Notes under the pieces: generated by a model
The model's database searches: none
The model's input: the letters and a program-made list of their open reading frames with translations, nothing else
Told to the model about the DNA's origin: nothing
NCBI GenBank assembly: GCA_016748015.1
Contig: JAAOMT010000302.1
Coordinates: forward strand, 186,001 to 250,000
Length of the DNA: 64,000 nt
Direction of reading: 5' to 3'
From: Geosiphon pyriformis uo1
Lineage: Eukaryota; Fungi; Glomeromycota
Position numbers and translations under genes: made by a program
In this document: piece after piece, positions 37,600 to 51,508 of the stretch
Layout of the letters: every line of letters starts with the position of its first letter
How positions within the stretch are numbered: position 1 is the stretch's first letter

Positions 37600-40500
37600 T
37601 AAAGTTAAAATTATCAAAAATTATTTAGAAATCAGATCTTTATTCAATAGTCAAAAATTTAATAAAAACATCTGTTTATATTATTTTTGGTTAGCTTATA
37701 ACTTATTTACAATTTCGAAAATTTATTAATATCTAAGAAAAAATAATATCCAAATAGTTAAATAATGGCTCTTCAATTAAAATTTTAGTTTAATATTTTT
37801 AGATATAATTGGAAAAAAAATTAACAAACTATCAATCAGAATTATAACTAATTTACATAGAAATAAGAAAGCTATTTTTATTTGAGTTAATAATATATGT
37901 ATTAAAAATAATATAAAAGTATTAAAAACAAAAAACTATATCATAATTATTAAAAACAAATAATTAAAAAAAGTTAATATTCTTCTTAATTATAAGTTTT
38001 ATAAATTTATAATAGTTAAATATTGATATTAAACAATATTTTTACGGTAGCTTAGTAACAACAATAATATCAATAACAAAAAAGCAATAACAATAATAAT
38101 TCTGATAATTTTGATAATTTTTTTAAAAAAAAACTGATTTAATTTTCACTATTTTTAATAATAATAGAAAACTTTTAAATAATATACAAGCAAACAGCAA
38201 AAAATTAGTAATTAATAAAAAAATGCTTAAAAAAATATTTAAGCAATAAATAAAAGAAAAGCAAAATAAGATTAATGATAACATAATCTTTATGTTCAAT
38301 ACTGGTACAATTATTTTTTCTATTTTCTAAGTAATAAATACAAATTATATTTGACTTTTTTTAAAGATTGAAAACTAATTAGTTTGATTTCTAATAAAAA
38401 AATCAAAACAATACAAAAAACATTTGAAGAAAAAATGCCAAAAATCTGATTAACAATTGAACAAAAGAAATTCAATCAAAAAACCGAAAAATTAATATTA
38501 AAAATCTGTTAATACAAAATAAATTAGTAAAATAAAAAAACATTTTAGTCAAACAAATATTATCTAATATATAATTTAAATTAAAAATATTTAATTTATC
38601 TATTTAAAGTTTTATTAATTAAATTATCAAAATAATAAATTTATTAAAAAAGAAATAAAAAACTTGAATTTATATAAAAAACCAAAAATAAATAAATATT
38701 TTCTATTATAATAATATCAAAAAAAAATTTATAATTTTATATTGATTATTATTAGTTAAATACAATTATTAAACAAGATATATATATTTTTTTTAAGAGT
38801 TAACAATACTTTTAATTAATCTAAAAGCTAAGTTTATTTTATAACAATTAATTTAATTGCTGAATTTTGGCAAATAAAATAATTTTATTAGCAAAAAAAC
38901 TATATTACAAAATATAAAATTTATAAGTTATTATAATATCTTTTAGATTAACAAATATAATACTTATTTTTCAAAGATTAATAGATAAAGTTTTTGAATC
39001 AAAGCATTAATAATTTGTTTTTATATATTTAAAAACTCAGAATAAACATTTGAACCAGCTTTAAAATTTTTTTGATTTATTAAAAATGCTAAACTTAATA
39101 TTAATTCAGTAAAATCATTCTTTAAATAACAATATATCTAGTTTTTAGGTTATTTTGTAATAAAAAATAGAATTTTTTAAATTTAATCAAAATAGAAAAA
39201 ATACAAAAGCTTAGACAATCAAAAAATATTTTTAAATTATAATTTTTATTTGAATTAACTTCTTATTACCAAAAGTTTATCGAAAATTTCTTCAAAATTA
39301 CACATTTACTTAATTAGTTTTTATAAAAAAATGTCAATTATTATTAGAATATCTTTTAGCAAAAAGCATTTAAAACTCTTAAAAAAATACTGTTTAATAG
39401 ACTCATTTTAAAATAATCTAACTTTGATAAGCTTTTTATTTTTATACTAATGTTTTTGATATTTTATTTGGTGCTGTTTTGTTTCAAAAAGAAAAAAATA
39501 TATATTATAGTCTATAATAACAAAACTCTTCATCAAACTAATAAAAATTACACAATTATTAAAAAAGAATATTTAACAGTAATATAATCTACTGCTTATT
39601 AAAACTAATATTTTATTAAAAAATAATTCAATATTTATACGGATTATTAAGCTTTAATTTAATTAAAAAATAAAAAAAAACTGAATTACAAAATTTTTTT
39701 GCTGAATAATATATCTAAACAAATATGATTATAATATTAAATATTACAAAACAATAAACAATTAAAACACAGATGCTTTATTTCAATTGGTCATTCAATA
39801 AAAAAACAGATTGGCAAAAACATCAATTAAAATTAATTATATTGAAAAAATTATAATATATAATATGTACACTAATTTTTTAGCAAAACATTTTAGAAAA
39901 ACAATAACAAATCAAAAAACATTAGCAAAATATTATTGGTTAATTTTAGAAAAAAATATAACAGAATATATTATAACTTATAATATTTATTAATAAAAAA
40001 ATAAATTTAATTGAAAAAAAAACATTTATCTGATTTTTGTTAGTCGATTTTTTAACAAAATTGGAATTAATATTTTTAGATTTTTAATAATAATTTTTAA
40101 TAAAAATAGATATATTATAACAACAACATATTACTTAACAAAATAAGTAAAAACAAGAATAATATTAGATTAAATTACTATTTTAATTGCTAATTTCATT
40201 TACAAAGAAATTATATATAAACATAAATGCTCTTAAAAACTACTTTTAAATAAAAAAAAAGCTTTTTTAATTTATTAGTAGAAAAACTTTTAAAAAAACT
40301 TGGAATATATTATAAGTTTTTATTATTATTATCTACAAACTAATAAATTAATAAACTATTTTAATCAAATACTTTACAAAAACCAATAAAAACAAATCTT
40401 TAAAACAAAGTTTTGTCTTTAGTATTTTTTACTTATTAAATAATAAGTCATAATATAATTGATTATAAATCTTTTTTTTTATTCTATAAATATATGACAA

Positions 40501-40900
40501 TATTATCTATTAAAACAAATATTAAAACTGTATATAATTGAATTCAATTATAAAACTATTTTACAACAAAAACTTAGAACAATTTTAAATTTTTTAATAG
40601 AAACATAAATAATTGTTTAAAAAAAAAATATTTTAAGAAAAACTTAAGAAAAAAAAATGTATAAAATACTTTTTTTAAGTATTAATAACTTAATTTTAAA
40701 TATCAATCATATTAAAACAATGTTTTTGATAACAAATTTTTAAATCAATGAAAAAAACTATTCTTAATTAACAAAATATTTTTTCAATCAAAAATTTAAA
40801 ATACTTTTTTTATAATTTATAAATATTAAACAAAAAACTATTCTAATATTTTGCTTACTATTAGAAAACAAATAACAATTAAAGATAGAATTGGAATATA
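37600..40900 (+). mobile_element. Highly decayed Ty3/Gypsy pol (PR-RT-RNase H-integrase order)
   Basis: Allowing A>G/T>C reversal, motifs appear in Gypsy order: protease-like ~37640-37890; RT (D.Y.LPRVDD..L, IDL.AGFWQI ~38770-38880; FGLTN..TFQRLMDKV ~38940-38995; FLGH ~39145; GLASYYRKFIENFSKIA ~39250-39300); RNase H (FDKPFI.YTD...GAVL ~39420-39485, YTDH ~39640, N.DAL ~39770); integrase (H.G, YYW ~39890-39940; IGID.LG...YL.KW ~40060-40150; Y.PQTNG ~40325). A gag may lie upstream. Confidence 0.8.
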
Positions 40901-41429
40901 TTTTGTTATTAATTTATAAAAAACTCTTACAAAAAAACAGAAAATTGGCAGCAAATTAAAGAAATATATGCTTAAATACATAATTGCCAAAATATATATA
41001 TTTTTTAATATACTTAAAAGAATGATAAATTTTTTTTTGCCTATAAACAGAAAATTGTAATATAAAAGATAACTTAAATATTATAGAATACTTTGTAAAA
41101 TTATTAAAAATATGAAGTTTTTGAAAAAAAAAATTTTAAAAATTCAGATAGAAATCTTAAGCATTGTATATTTAAATATTTAAAAAGTTTTAACTATTGC
41201 AAAAAAAGCCAAAATATTTATACAAAAATTTGGCTTCTTAAATTCAAAATTAATATTATCATAACTTTATACTTTGTTAGTTAAAAATTTTACCAAATTA
41301 GTTAAGTTTGAAATAAAAACTTCAAAACTTTTTCTAGAAAAATTAATTTTACCAAAGCTTAATTTTTTTGGAAAGAAAACTTTTACTTTTTAATTTTATT
41401 TGTTTACTTAGTCATTAAAATTATTAGTT

Positions 41430-41865
41430 AACTATTTATTTTTAAAAGTAGTTGTTAATTTAATTATTGATTTAGTTATTAACTTAATTATTAACTTAAA
41501 TATTAATTTAATTATTAACTGAATTATTAATGTAATTACTAATCTATTATTAATTCTTTTTTTAAGAATATATAAATAAAACTTCTTAAAGTTGTAAAAA
41601 TTTATTCAAAACAAAGATTAATACAATAATATCAACTTTTTTTGTTTTTTTTTACTTTTTTTTCTTGATTTGTATAATTATTTACTAAGAATTATAATTA
41701 TGTCTAATATTAAATTTAAAAATGCTAATATAAGATATAAATTATATTAGTGTGCTATCTTTTGGAAAAAATAACAATTAAAATATTTATAAAACTGATT
41801 TTACACATTGAATTCTTATTAAATTAATTCATTCAATAAAATTGAATTATTTTTTTAATTATTTT
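41430..41865. repeat. Second copy of the dispersed repeat seen at 35600-35945
   Basis: Direct similarity of 41740-41863 to 35771-35940, plus the 12-bp array at 41450-41550. Confidence 0.65.
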
Positions 41866-44457
41866 TATTCTAAGATTTTTTTAAATCTGCTATTAATGTT
41901 AAAATTTTTCAATTTTATTTTATTAATGCAAATTTTTATGTTAAGAATGTTGTTTTTTTGGTCTTTTTAGTTTTTATTAACTTTATTAATTCTACAATTG
42001 GCTTAAAGTTGGCTTTTTTAAAATCTGATCTAATTAAATTGGTTTTGCTAATTAAATCTATTATTAAACCTATTAGTATTTTAGTTTTTTGGTTATAAAG
42101 TTGTTTGATGCTTTTTTTTAGATGTTAAAATAAAAAAAATTTGTAATTATAAAATAAAATGTATTCTAAATGGTTTATTAGATAATAATATTTTTAATGG
42201 AAATCTAAATTTTTTTTTAGTAAAAAAAATTAAATTTAATGGAAATAAAATTGCTGCATAGTTAATTAATTTAATTTCTGATAGTAATAGTTTGGTTGCA
42301 ATTATAGCATTTTTGAATAAATTTTCTTTTATAAATTCAATATAATTTAGTTTTAATTAAACTTATGTATGGTTATGTATATAAAAAGCACATAAATTAT
42401 GATTAATTTTAAAACACAGTATTGTTGTATTGTATTAAATAGTAATAAAATTACATATATTATTATTAATTTTAATAATAATTAAAAATTAAAAATTAAT
42501 TTTAGTAATTAACCCAAGTTTTTAACATTAATAAGACAAGATATTCTTATAAATTAAAATTTTTTTAAAACAGAAAATAAAAAATTGTTTAATATGTAAT
42601 TAATATTTTTATAGTTTTTTAATCAAAGATTTAACAATCAAGTCAAATATTAATTTAATAACTTTGATCAATAATAAAGATAAAAATCTTTGATTAATTC
42701 TTAAGAAAATTCAAGTGCATATTGACTTTTGAATTTCTACAAATGCAAATGCAAATGCAAATCTTTATTGATTTAAAATTTGTAATAATTATTTTTTGTC
42801 ATCTTTCTTTCATTCGATTGAATATTTAATAAAGATCTCATCGATTTTATTTTTATAAGGCAAAATACAAAATACAAAATACAAAAGAGAAAGAATCGAT
42901 CTTGAGGATAGTTTAGTCTTTGTCAAAGAGAAAAATTTTTTTTTATGAACAAATTAAAAGTAGTATGGTTGAGATCATATTTACAATATATATTAAGGAA
43001 TTTGCTTAAACTCATAAAGATATATTTTATGATCAATTGCATTAGAAAATCCTTGTATAATAATTTATTTTCTTTAGAGAAATTGGGGGGGGGGGTGGGG
43101 TTTAGCTGGATCGATTTGATCATAATTTTTTATTTTCTAAACAAAACCAACTTTAATACTTTTTCTTCAAGGGAGAAATAATAATAATGTTTTTTGCGTG
43201 AATCAAATCATAAATTTAAGATTTATTATGTTCAAGAGTTTTTAAAATGGTGCTAAATCTTTTGGATGATTTTTCATTCGTTTTGTAGAAACTGTATTTT
43301 ATGAAAAAAGAAATTTTTAGAATAGATTTTGTTGAAACTACACTTTCTTTGGTCTAATTTCTGATCTGAAAGAATCGATGAGATTGTTATTTCAAAGATC
43401 TCTGCACGTTTTAATTTTTAATTATTTTTTAGAATCTTCTTTTTCTCAATTTATAATAATAATCTTTAAAGAAAAATAATCATAGATTTGAACATTTTTC
43501 GATTTAATAATAAAATTCAAAACATATATTCATTAAATATATTTGTACTATAATTTTTCAAGTATATTTATTTTCTTAAAAGCTTTTATATTGATTTATA
43601 TTACTTTTTAATTGAATATTTTCAAGTTTATCAAATCTTAATTTAAATTTATATTAGAACCGATCAATATCATTAAAATTTCTTTAGATGAATAAAATAT
43701 AGAAACTTTTAAATTTGTCATTTTTTAGAATTTTCCAAATGAAGTTTCAGTTTTTTGAAAGAAATTCCGTATCGTTTTATCCTCTCTTAGAAAAATGGAA
43801 TATATTCTTTTTTGAAATCACTTGAATAAAAAACCGGAAATTTCGAATTTTTCGAGACACTTCTTTGAAGAATTTCATTTATCGAGGTGAAATGAAGTCA
43901 TAAGAGGATGTACCTACTCTCAAAAACTTTTAGCCATGACGTTTTTCGAGAATCTTTTTTCTTTTTTTGAGGAGTATTCATTGCAGCTCAATGTAATATC
44001 CTTATTTTTTTTTAGACCATAAGGAAATTTTCTGTCAAATTTTTTTTCGATCTACTACACAAATATTAATAAAATGAAAATGGAAAGATTTTCAGTAAAA
44101 AGAGATTATTATTATTTTTTTTTTGAAAACCTTGATTGATTGGGAAATAGAATAATTTACAAAGATCCAAATACGTTTTAAGTCCTGCATATATATTTTA
44201 AGATTGAAAAAATAAATTTCTGATTATATTCCTAAAAAGTAATGATCATGAAAGGTTTTTGGTATTTCTTGATTTGGAAGGTAAAAAGATAGCCTCTTTT
44301 GAATGTAGATCATTTTATTTTTAAGGTGGTAAATCCTAAATATGAAATCGATGATTCCAAAGGAAAAATTTCATCTAATCTTGTAATTTAGTTCCATAAA
44401 TATTATCCGATTCGTAGATCAAAAATGCAAAAACCTTTTGAAAAGGACACGGTGTAG

Positions 44458-44481
44458 ATAATAATAATAATAATAATAATA

Positions 44482-44540
<59 letters not shown>
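44458..44540. repeat. (AAT)n microsatellite
   Basis: Directly visible. Further (AAT/TTA)n tracts at 45868-45990, 47743-47906 (grading into GAT), 51472-51507, 52726-52833 and 53100-53180. Confidence 0.95.
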
Positions 44541-44543
<3 letters not shown>

Positions 44544-45146
44544 TAAATTCTTTAGATTGTAAAGGATCTTCCGAGATTTCAAGTTATTGATATGAATTAC
44601 ATCATGGTCATTGAAAATGAATGGTCTTTTATTTACATTTTCTATGTATTCAAAAGTTATAACATGTATGAAATGATGAAATGATTAAAAAAGAAAAAGA
44701 AAAAAGAAAACAAACAGAAAAACCTTTGCTTTGATAAAAAAAAAAATTTGATATAATTTTAATAAGATGGGATTTTTTGATTACGAAAAAATTATTTGTT
44801 TTAAAAATAAATGATTATAATTAATTTAAATATTATTTATTAATTGTTTATAATATAAAAATATTTTGTATAATTAAAAATTTTGATTAGAATTACTTTT
44901 ATGATAGAGAAAAATAAATAATAATTTATTTAGATTTTCAAGTATAACATTTAATCGAAAATTATTTTATTTTTAAAAAAAAAAAAAAAATATTATTTTT
45001 AAATATAAATTATTCAAAATATTTTGTTCATTAAAATAATATCAAAAGATTTAATGTAAAGATTTATTTTTAGAATAAAACATATATAGATTATTAATGA
45101 TTTGATGACATAATTGAAAATACATTATTTGATAGATTTAATTTTT

Positions 45147-45208
45147 ATGAATGAATGAATGAATGAATGAATGAATGAATGAATGAATGAATGAATGAAT
45201 GAATGAAT
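45147..45208. repeat. (GAAT)n microsatellite
   Basis: About 15 perfect ATGA/GAAT units. Confidence 0.95.
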
Positions 45209-45867
45209 GGAAGGTATGAATTAGTTAATCAAAATATTTTTTTTTTGTAAAAAAATTTATACATGAATGATAAGGTAAAAATCTTGGTATTCTTAAATAT
45301 CGATGAATTTTATAAAATAAAATTTTCATCTTTAAAAAATTATATATGATAACCATGATAAATATTTTTTAATCATAAATTTAATTGATTATTAAAGATA
45401 TGAAAATGATTTATTTTTTTTTAAAGGATTTAAATAAATAAATATATATATACAAGATATAATCAGTGATTTTAAAATTTGATCAAATCTTTTACGGTTG
45501 TATGCATGATCGACATTTATGAATAAATGCAAAATTTTTAAGATTTACTTGATTCTAAAATTTTTTTTTTTTTTTTTTTTAATAATAATAATAATAATAA
45601 TTTTTTTTCATAATTTCTTACATACATGCAGTTTTGTTGTTTTATAATCCTATTGAAACCTTTCTTCGGGAAAGGATAGGAAATATAATAACGCCATAAA
45701 ATTTAACTTTTTTATGTTGTTAAAATCATTTAGTATTTTATTTTATATTATATTGTAAAATTAAATTGAATCAATTAAAATTGATCTTATTGAACTCGGA
45801 GTTTTTAGTAATTTTCATATTAAAATTTTGACAGGTTTTTATACAGTTTTATTTATAAAATAATAAA

Positions 45868-45940
<73 letters not shown>

Positions 45941-46925
45941 GTAATAGTAATAGTAATAGTAGTAGTAATAATAATAATAATAATAATAATAAAAATACTT
46001 GATAATAATAAAAATACTTGATAAAATCAATTCCTTTTTTGTTACTATTCAGAAAACCAAAAGATTTTCGAATCATAAAATACATTAAAAAAAAGTACTT
46101 TAACCATTTTTAATTTACGAAAACTTTTTTTTAACCTGGGTAATTTAAAGAATGATGTAATTTATATTTTCTAAAAGCTTTTTACTTTTGAAAATTTTTG
46201 GGAATCAGGTTTATTTACTTGAATTTTAATGATGAACTTTAAATTCTACTCTGAACTATCTCGGGACTTTGATGATATAGACCTCAATTTACAGTTAAAA
46301 AGAGTTGCAAATGTTTTTTTTATTATTTTAATTATTTTTATATATTGGGTTAAGGTTGAAATTTTTTTTTAAAAAAAAGACGCAATGAAAAAGACTGCAT
46401 TCCGAATCTCGAAAATTGATAAAAGAAGCCCCCCAAAGGTAAAAAAAACGTGCTCGGTTTCAATGATATAAACATTTTTCCAAATTAATCATATTTTAAA
46501 CAATGTTTAAATTTAGAATCAATGATAAATAAATAAATGATGAATAAATAAATGATAAATAAATAAAGATTTCACGAGGCTTATATAATCTCGAAACACA
46601 GAAAAGTATTTTTTATTTGAATTTTATAATAATTTTTTTTTTTGAAATGCTACATACTTAAAAAGAATTATGTAAATATAAATGAAATAAAGCCTATCCG
46701 TAATTAGAATGATTTTTTTTTTTTTCCAAAAAAAAAAAAAAACTCTCAAAACGAATTTAAGGAGGATATCAAAATAAAAAACAAACAAATCGAAAAAAAA
46801 AAATTAAATTAATGTGTTACATCGAAAGCGCCCTATTAATAAATTTAATTTAACAATCAACCTTCTTCTTTCTTTTGTCAATAATATTTATCCATTTTTT
46901 TTTGTCTACATAGTAAACATTAAAA

Positions 46926-46959
<34 letters not shown>

Positions 46960-47525
46960 CAACAACAACAACAACAACAACAAAAACAGATCAATGTTCC
47001 AAACCTATTCTCTTACGAAGCTTTTGAAAAAAATTTTCTTGTTCCAAATATCTTTTGAAGATAAAGTCATCACATTTAATAATTGATAATTGATAATTGA
47101 TATTTTAAATTTTGATAGGGAAAATGATGATTGAATTTATTAGGGAGATTGTAACAGCAGTGTAATGATACTTTATGACGTATAACGGGGTATCATAAAT
47201 CTCAATTGGTTGTGTGCTCGGTTATTATTTATAAGAAAAGAAAATTCGAGGAACACATACCATTTAGTTTTTAATTGGTAGAAAAAAAATATTCTTTCAT
47301 CAGTGACTATAAAAGATTTCATAATTTAAGAAGGAATTAAAATTCCTTTTCTTATGGTAACATAAGATATTTGTGATCAAATCAAAGCCTTTTTACATTC
47401 AAAGTCAAATTTACGTAGATTAATTCAATATTTTATTGCTCTCCAAGTTAGAGATAAAATGGATTTAAACACTGCGGGTACCAAATCTCTAAAATATTGA
47501 TAATACAATTTGTGGGAGTGGAAGT

Positions 47526-47556
47526 GGGAGGGGGAGGGGGAGGGGTAGGGGGAGGG
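47526..47556 (+). other. Potential G-quadruplex
   Basis: GGG-A-GGGGG-A-GGGGG-A-GGGG-TA-GGGGG-A-GGG: six G-runs with 1-2 nt loops. Confidence 0.6.
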
Positions 47557-47742
47557 AGGAGTTTTTCAAAATCTTGCATGTAAAGTTTCCCTCAAACAAT
47601 GAGATTTCAAAATTTCAAAAAAAAAGGACATTTTGTAGCTTTGTTGAAGTAATGTGTGTTGGGTAATCTATGAAATTAATTTGATGCTTTAGAAAATCTT
47701 TTAATAGCGAGTATCCACACACTAACTTATAAAAATAGTAGC

Positions 47743-47859
<117 letters not shown>

Positions 47860-47866
47860 AATAATA

Positions 47867-47907
<41 letters not shown>

Positions 47908-49192
47908 CGGGCTTTTTTCAAAAACCATTTGAAAATTTTAATTTACCCTTTACTGAAAAAGAATACATCATAGTGATAGGTCACGGAAAAACTGGAAAGT
48001 TCAAAATAACAATAGAGGCAACCTCTTGCATGATTGAGATCGGAAAAATTGAGAATTCCCACAGGTTATCCCAGGTCAAATTTCCGATATTTTCATAATT
48101 TCCCAGTTTCTTTTAACTGGGGAATTATTTTTACTCGGGTTTTAAGATTGGGTAAATAATTTATAAGAAAATCTTGACGCTAGTTAAAGAATTACTGGTA
48201 AAACTCTAAAATTATTTGATTTTTCCGTTTTTTTTTTTGGGGGGGGGGATAGGAGGGATAATTAATATTCAGAATAGCCTTTTTAAATAAACTTGAAATT
48301 TCACCAACTTTATAAACTTGATTTCCTTTTAAATGGGTAACTATCGAGCTGTCAATATAGAAAATTTTTAATGTACTACCTAACGTATCTTACCAAGATT
48401 ACTATTTATTTTTCACAAAACAGGATGCAAAGCGTACAAATTAATTGGAAAAATTATCACGGAAATTTGGTGGAAAATTACTAAACTTTTAATGATGATT
48501 TGATTTGATTTGATTTTAAGTTGTTTTAGTTCAGTTTAGTTCAGTTTAGTTCAGTTCAGAAGATTATGCTTATTTTTTTTCCAATATTAAAAAAAAAATA
48601 AAAAAATAAAAAAAAGGAAAAAACAACGAACCCTAACCTATTAATCGATTCCTATTCTCTTTAAAATATGGAAATTACCTTTTTGTTTTATCTGATCATG
48701 TCTCTACATATTCTAGCTTGATATCAATAAAACTTTGGAATTTCTAGTTGATTTCAAGTTTTTTTTTCATTTATCGATATATATTCAAATATGGACTTTT
48801 TATCGGTCCTCTCAATTGTTATGTATAAATAGTGACACACTTATTAGAATGCATAATTAAATATGTTTAGACTAGAAATTAATCGGATCTAAATTAAATG
48901 ATACTTCTACTTTCCCTTTTTTATCTAACCATTCTAATATTTTAAATGTAAAATATCTAAGTTTTTTTTTTTTCATATCACTTCTTTGTCGCACCCGGTA
49001 ATTCAAACTTATTGAGTTTAAGAGAGATGATAAATAATTTTTTATTTTAAATTCAAATATTAGAGATGCATATAACTAAATCGATATATTCATTTAAAAA
49101 TATATATAAAGTATTTTGGAATAATAAAAAAAGTTTATGGTGAATTGAAAAGGTTAGTATAAAGGTTTAAAAGTTGATCAGGTTAAATATTA

Positions 49193-49236
<44 letters not shown>

Positions 49237-51469
49237 NNNNNNNNNNNNNNNNNNNNTTTTTTAAAAAAAAAACTTGAAAAATTACTACTTCAAAATAATT
49301 ATAATTTATGCATGTGAAAAATTATTAAAATAGTCATCTTTTTTCTCTCGATTTTCAATCCTGTTGAAGATCAAGAAAATCTCGGTTTTGCAATAAATCA
49401 TCCAATATAGGAATTCAAAGAATCAATTATAAGCGCATTGATGTTTTTTTTGAATGGCTATAGGTACAATGGTTCAATGAATTTTAAATAAAAAATAAAA
49501 ATAAAACAAATTCACACACCAATCAATCAATCAATCAATTAATTAATTAATTAATTAATCAATCAATCAAAATTACAGATTTTCAGCATTTTACAAACGT
49601 ATTTGTAAAATAAATAGAAAACGTGTAATAGAAACTTGGTTAGATCCTTAAAACTTGTTACCAATTTTGCCTTTAATTGAAAATCTTTGAATAAACCAAA
49701 TATTTCATTAAAACATTTCATTTTTAACGCGTAAGGTCGATGAAATTTGGGCGTCTTTTTATGAGATGCTTCTTGACTTTTTTATGTTTTTTGTTTTCCT
49801 GTGAATCTTCTTTTCTAGACTTACCATAATTATTCATCATAGCATAGTGAAGTTTTTTTCAACACCACCCCCCTTATTTTTATTTTTTTTCTAACGCTTT
49901 AGCAAATTGGCTGATATTCCCCCAAAAAAATAACAATGTAAAACAGTTTCATTCATTTTTTAAATCGTACATTGTCATTAGCTAACCCTTTACCGGCAAA
50001 AAGAGGTAATTATTCAAGATTTCTCAATTTAACTTATTTGCACTTGACATTATACAATAGAGAAGAAGAACCAACTGTAGACAAAAAGTGAGATATCGTC
50101 ATACCAATCATATATTGGATTTTCATTTTTCGATCAAATTTTTTAACTTTTTTGATTAAAAATAAACAGAAATCTTGGACTTTATTATTTTAAAGTTAAT
50201 TATAAACATCCTCTTTTGTTGCAATATAATGAAAATAAAATAAAATAAAATAAAAATAAAAATAAAAATATTTTTTAACCAATATTATTGATAACCAGAT
50301 CAGGATGGTCTGATTCAATGCGCTGGCCAACTGCAATTTTATGCATGCTGCACTTTTGTTTTCTCTCATGTAGTGGCTACCTAAAAACCAAAATAATTTA
50401 AAGGCCTTAATAAGTTAGGCATGGAGAACCCGCCACCATTGTATCGCCTAATCATCATGGAAAACTGATAGATAAAATCAGTTTATTGAAAATTGGTACA
50501 ACTTTTGATAGTCAAATAATCTAACAGAACAATGAAGCACAGAAATCTTGGTGGTTCGATTTACAAAAAAGTTTATGCTATTTTTCCTGCAGAATCTAAG
50601 ATAAAGGTTTTGGGAACGTTCCGAGAATTGACTAGAAAAAAAAAAAAAAAAAAAAAAAAAGATGCCAAAGCAGTAATGTAACCAACGAATGTAACATTGC
50701 ATAATTCGAGTACAACATTCAAAATGTACAATGTACAATGTACAATGTAACATTGTAACACAATGTAACACTATAACGCTTTAAAACAATATTCAAAGGC
50801 TTTTATTTCATAATTCTAATTTTTAATTCCTCGGAAATTTCGGAAGATCCTCTTCAATAATAATATGCTTTGTACTTAAAATTCACTTTAACAAATAACA
50901 GCTAAATTATCAATTTTATTGGTGCCATTCTTTCAAGTAAAATTGTATCACTCAAGATTGTCATTGAACTTTTTCCGAGCTCCGCCGTGTCTATTGAAGA
51001 GCAAAAGAATTTTGGCCGAGATCTCAATTTATTGGGCTTTTGAATGTGAATGTAAACTCTTATCAACTCTTCCGGCATAACCTTGAAAAAACAGGTATTT
51101 GATTTGACTTTGAGAGAGAGAAATACTTAAAAAAAAAAAAAAAAAAAACGTCAACACACTGTAAATATTTATTCCCAAACGCCAAAAATAACAGGAATTA
51201 TGAATAGAACAAATAGAGTCACAAAATTATTTAAGGATTTCAAGTTTAATCATAGTATAATGAAAAAAAAAATCGGAAATGTATTTCCAAATTAGGTAAT
51301 AAAAGAAAGATAAAAATCAATCATGATCTTTTCTTTTCCAGGTTTAGCTTAATAATCAAATCACAATGTAAATATCTCCGAAATTGAAACCCATTGAATT
51401 CTAAAAAGTCAAAAGTTTTTGGTCTCCTCAATCTTTTTATTATTACTAAAAGGTAAATAAAACTGGTTT

Positions 51470-51508
<39 letters not shown>

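Larger units (their letters stand above)
27200..42700. repeat. Extremely AT-rich block of decayed transposon relics
   Basis: Almost no G/C and nearly no CpG, and only one ORF of 60 aa or more in 15 kb, yet not simple-sequence DNA. Contains a readable Gypsy pol and a dispersed repeat family. Similar tracts at ~4370-6200, ~9550-11470 and ~18320-19390. Confidence 0.8.
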
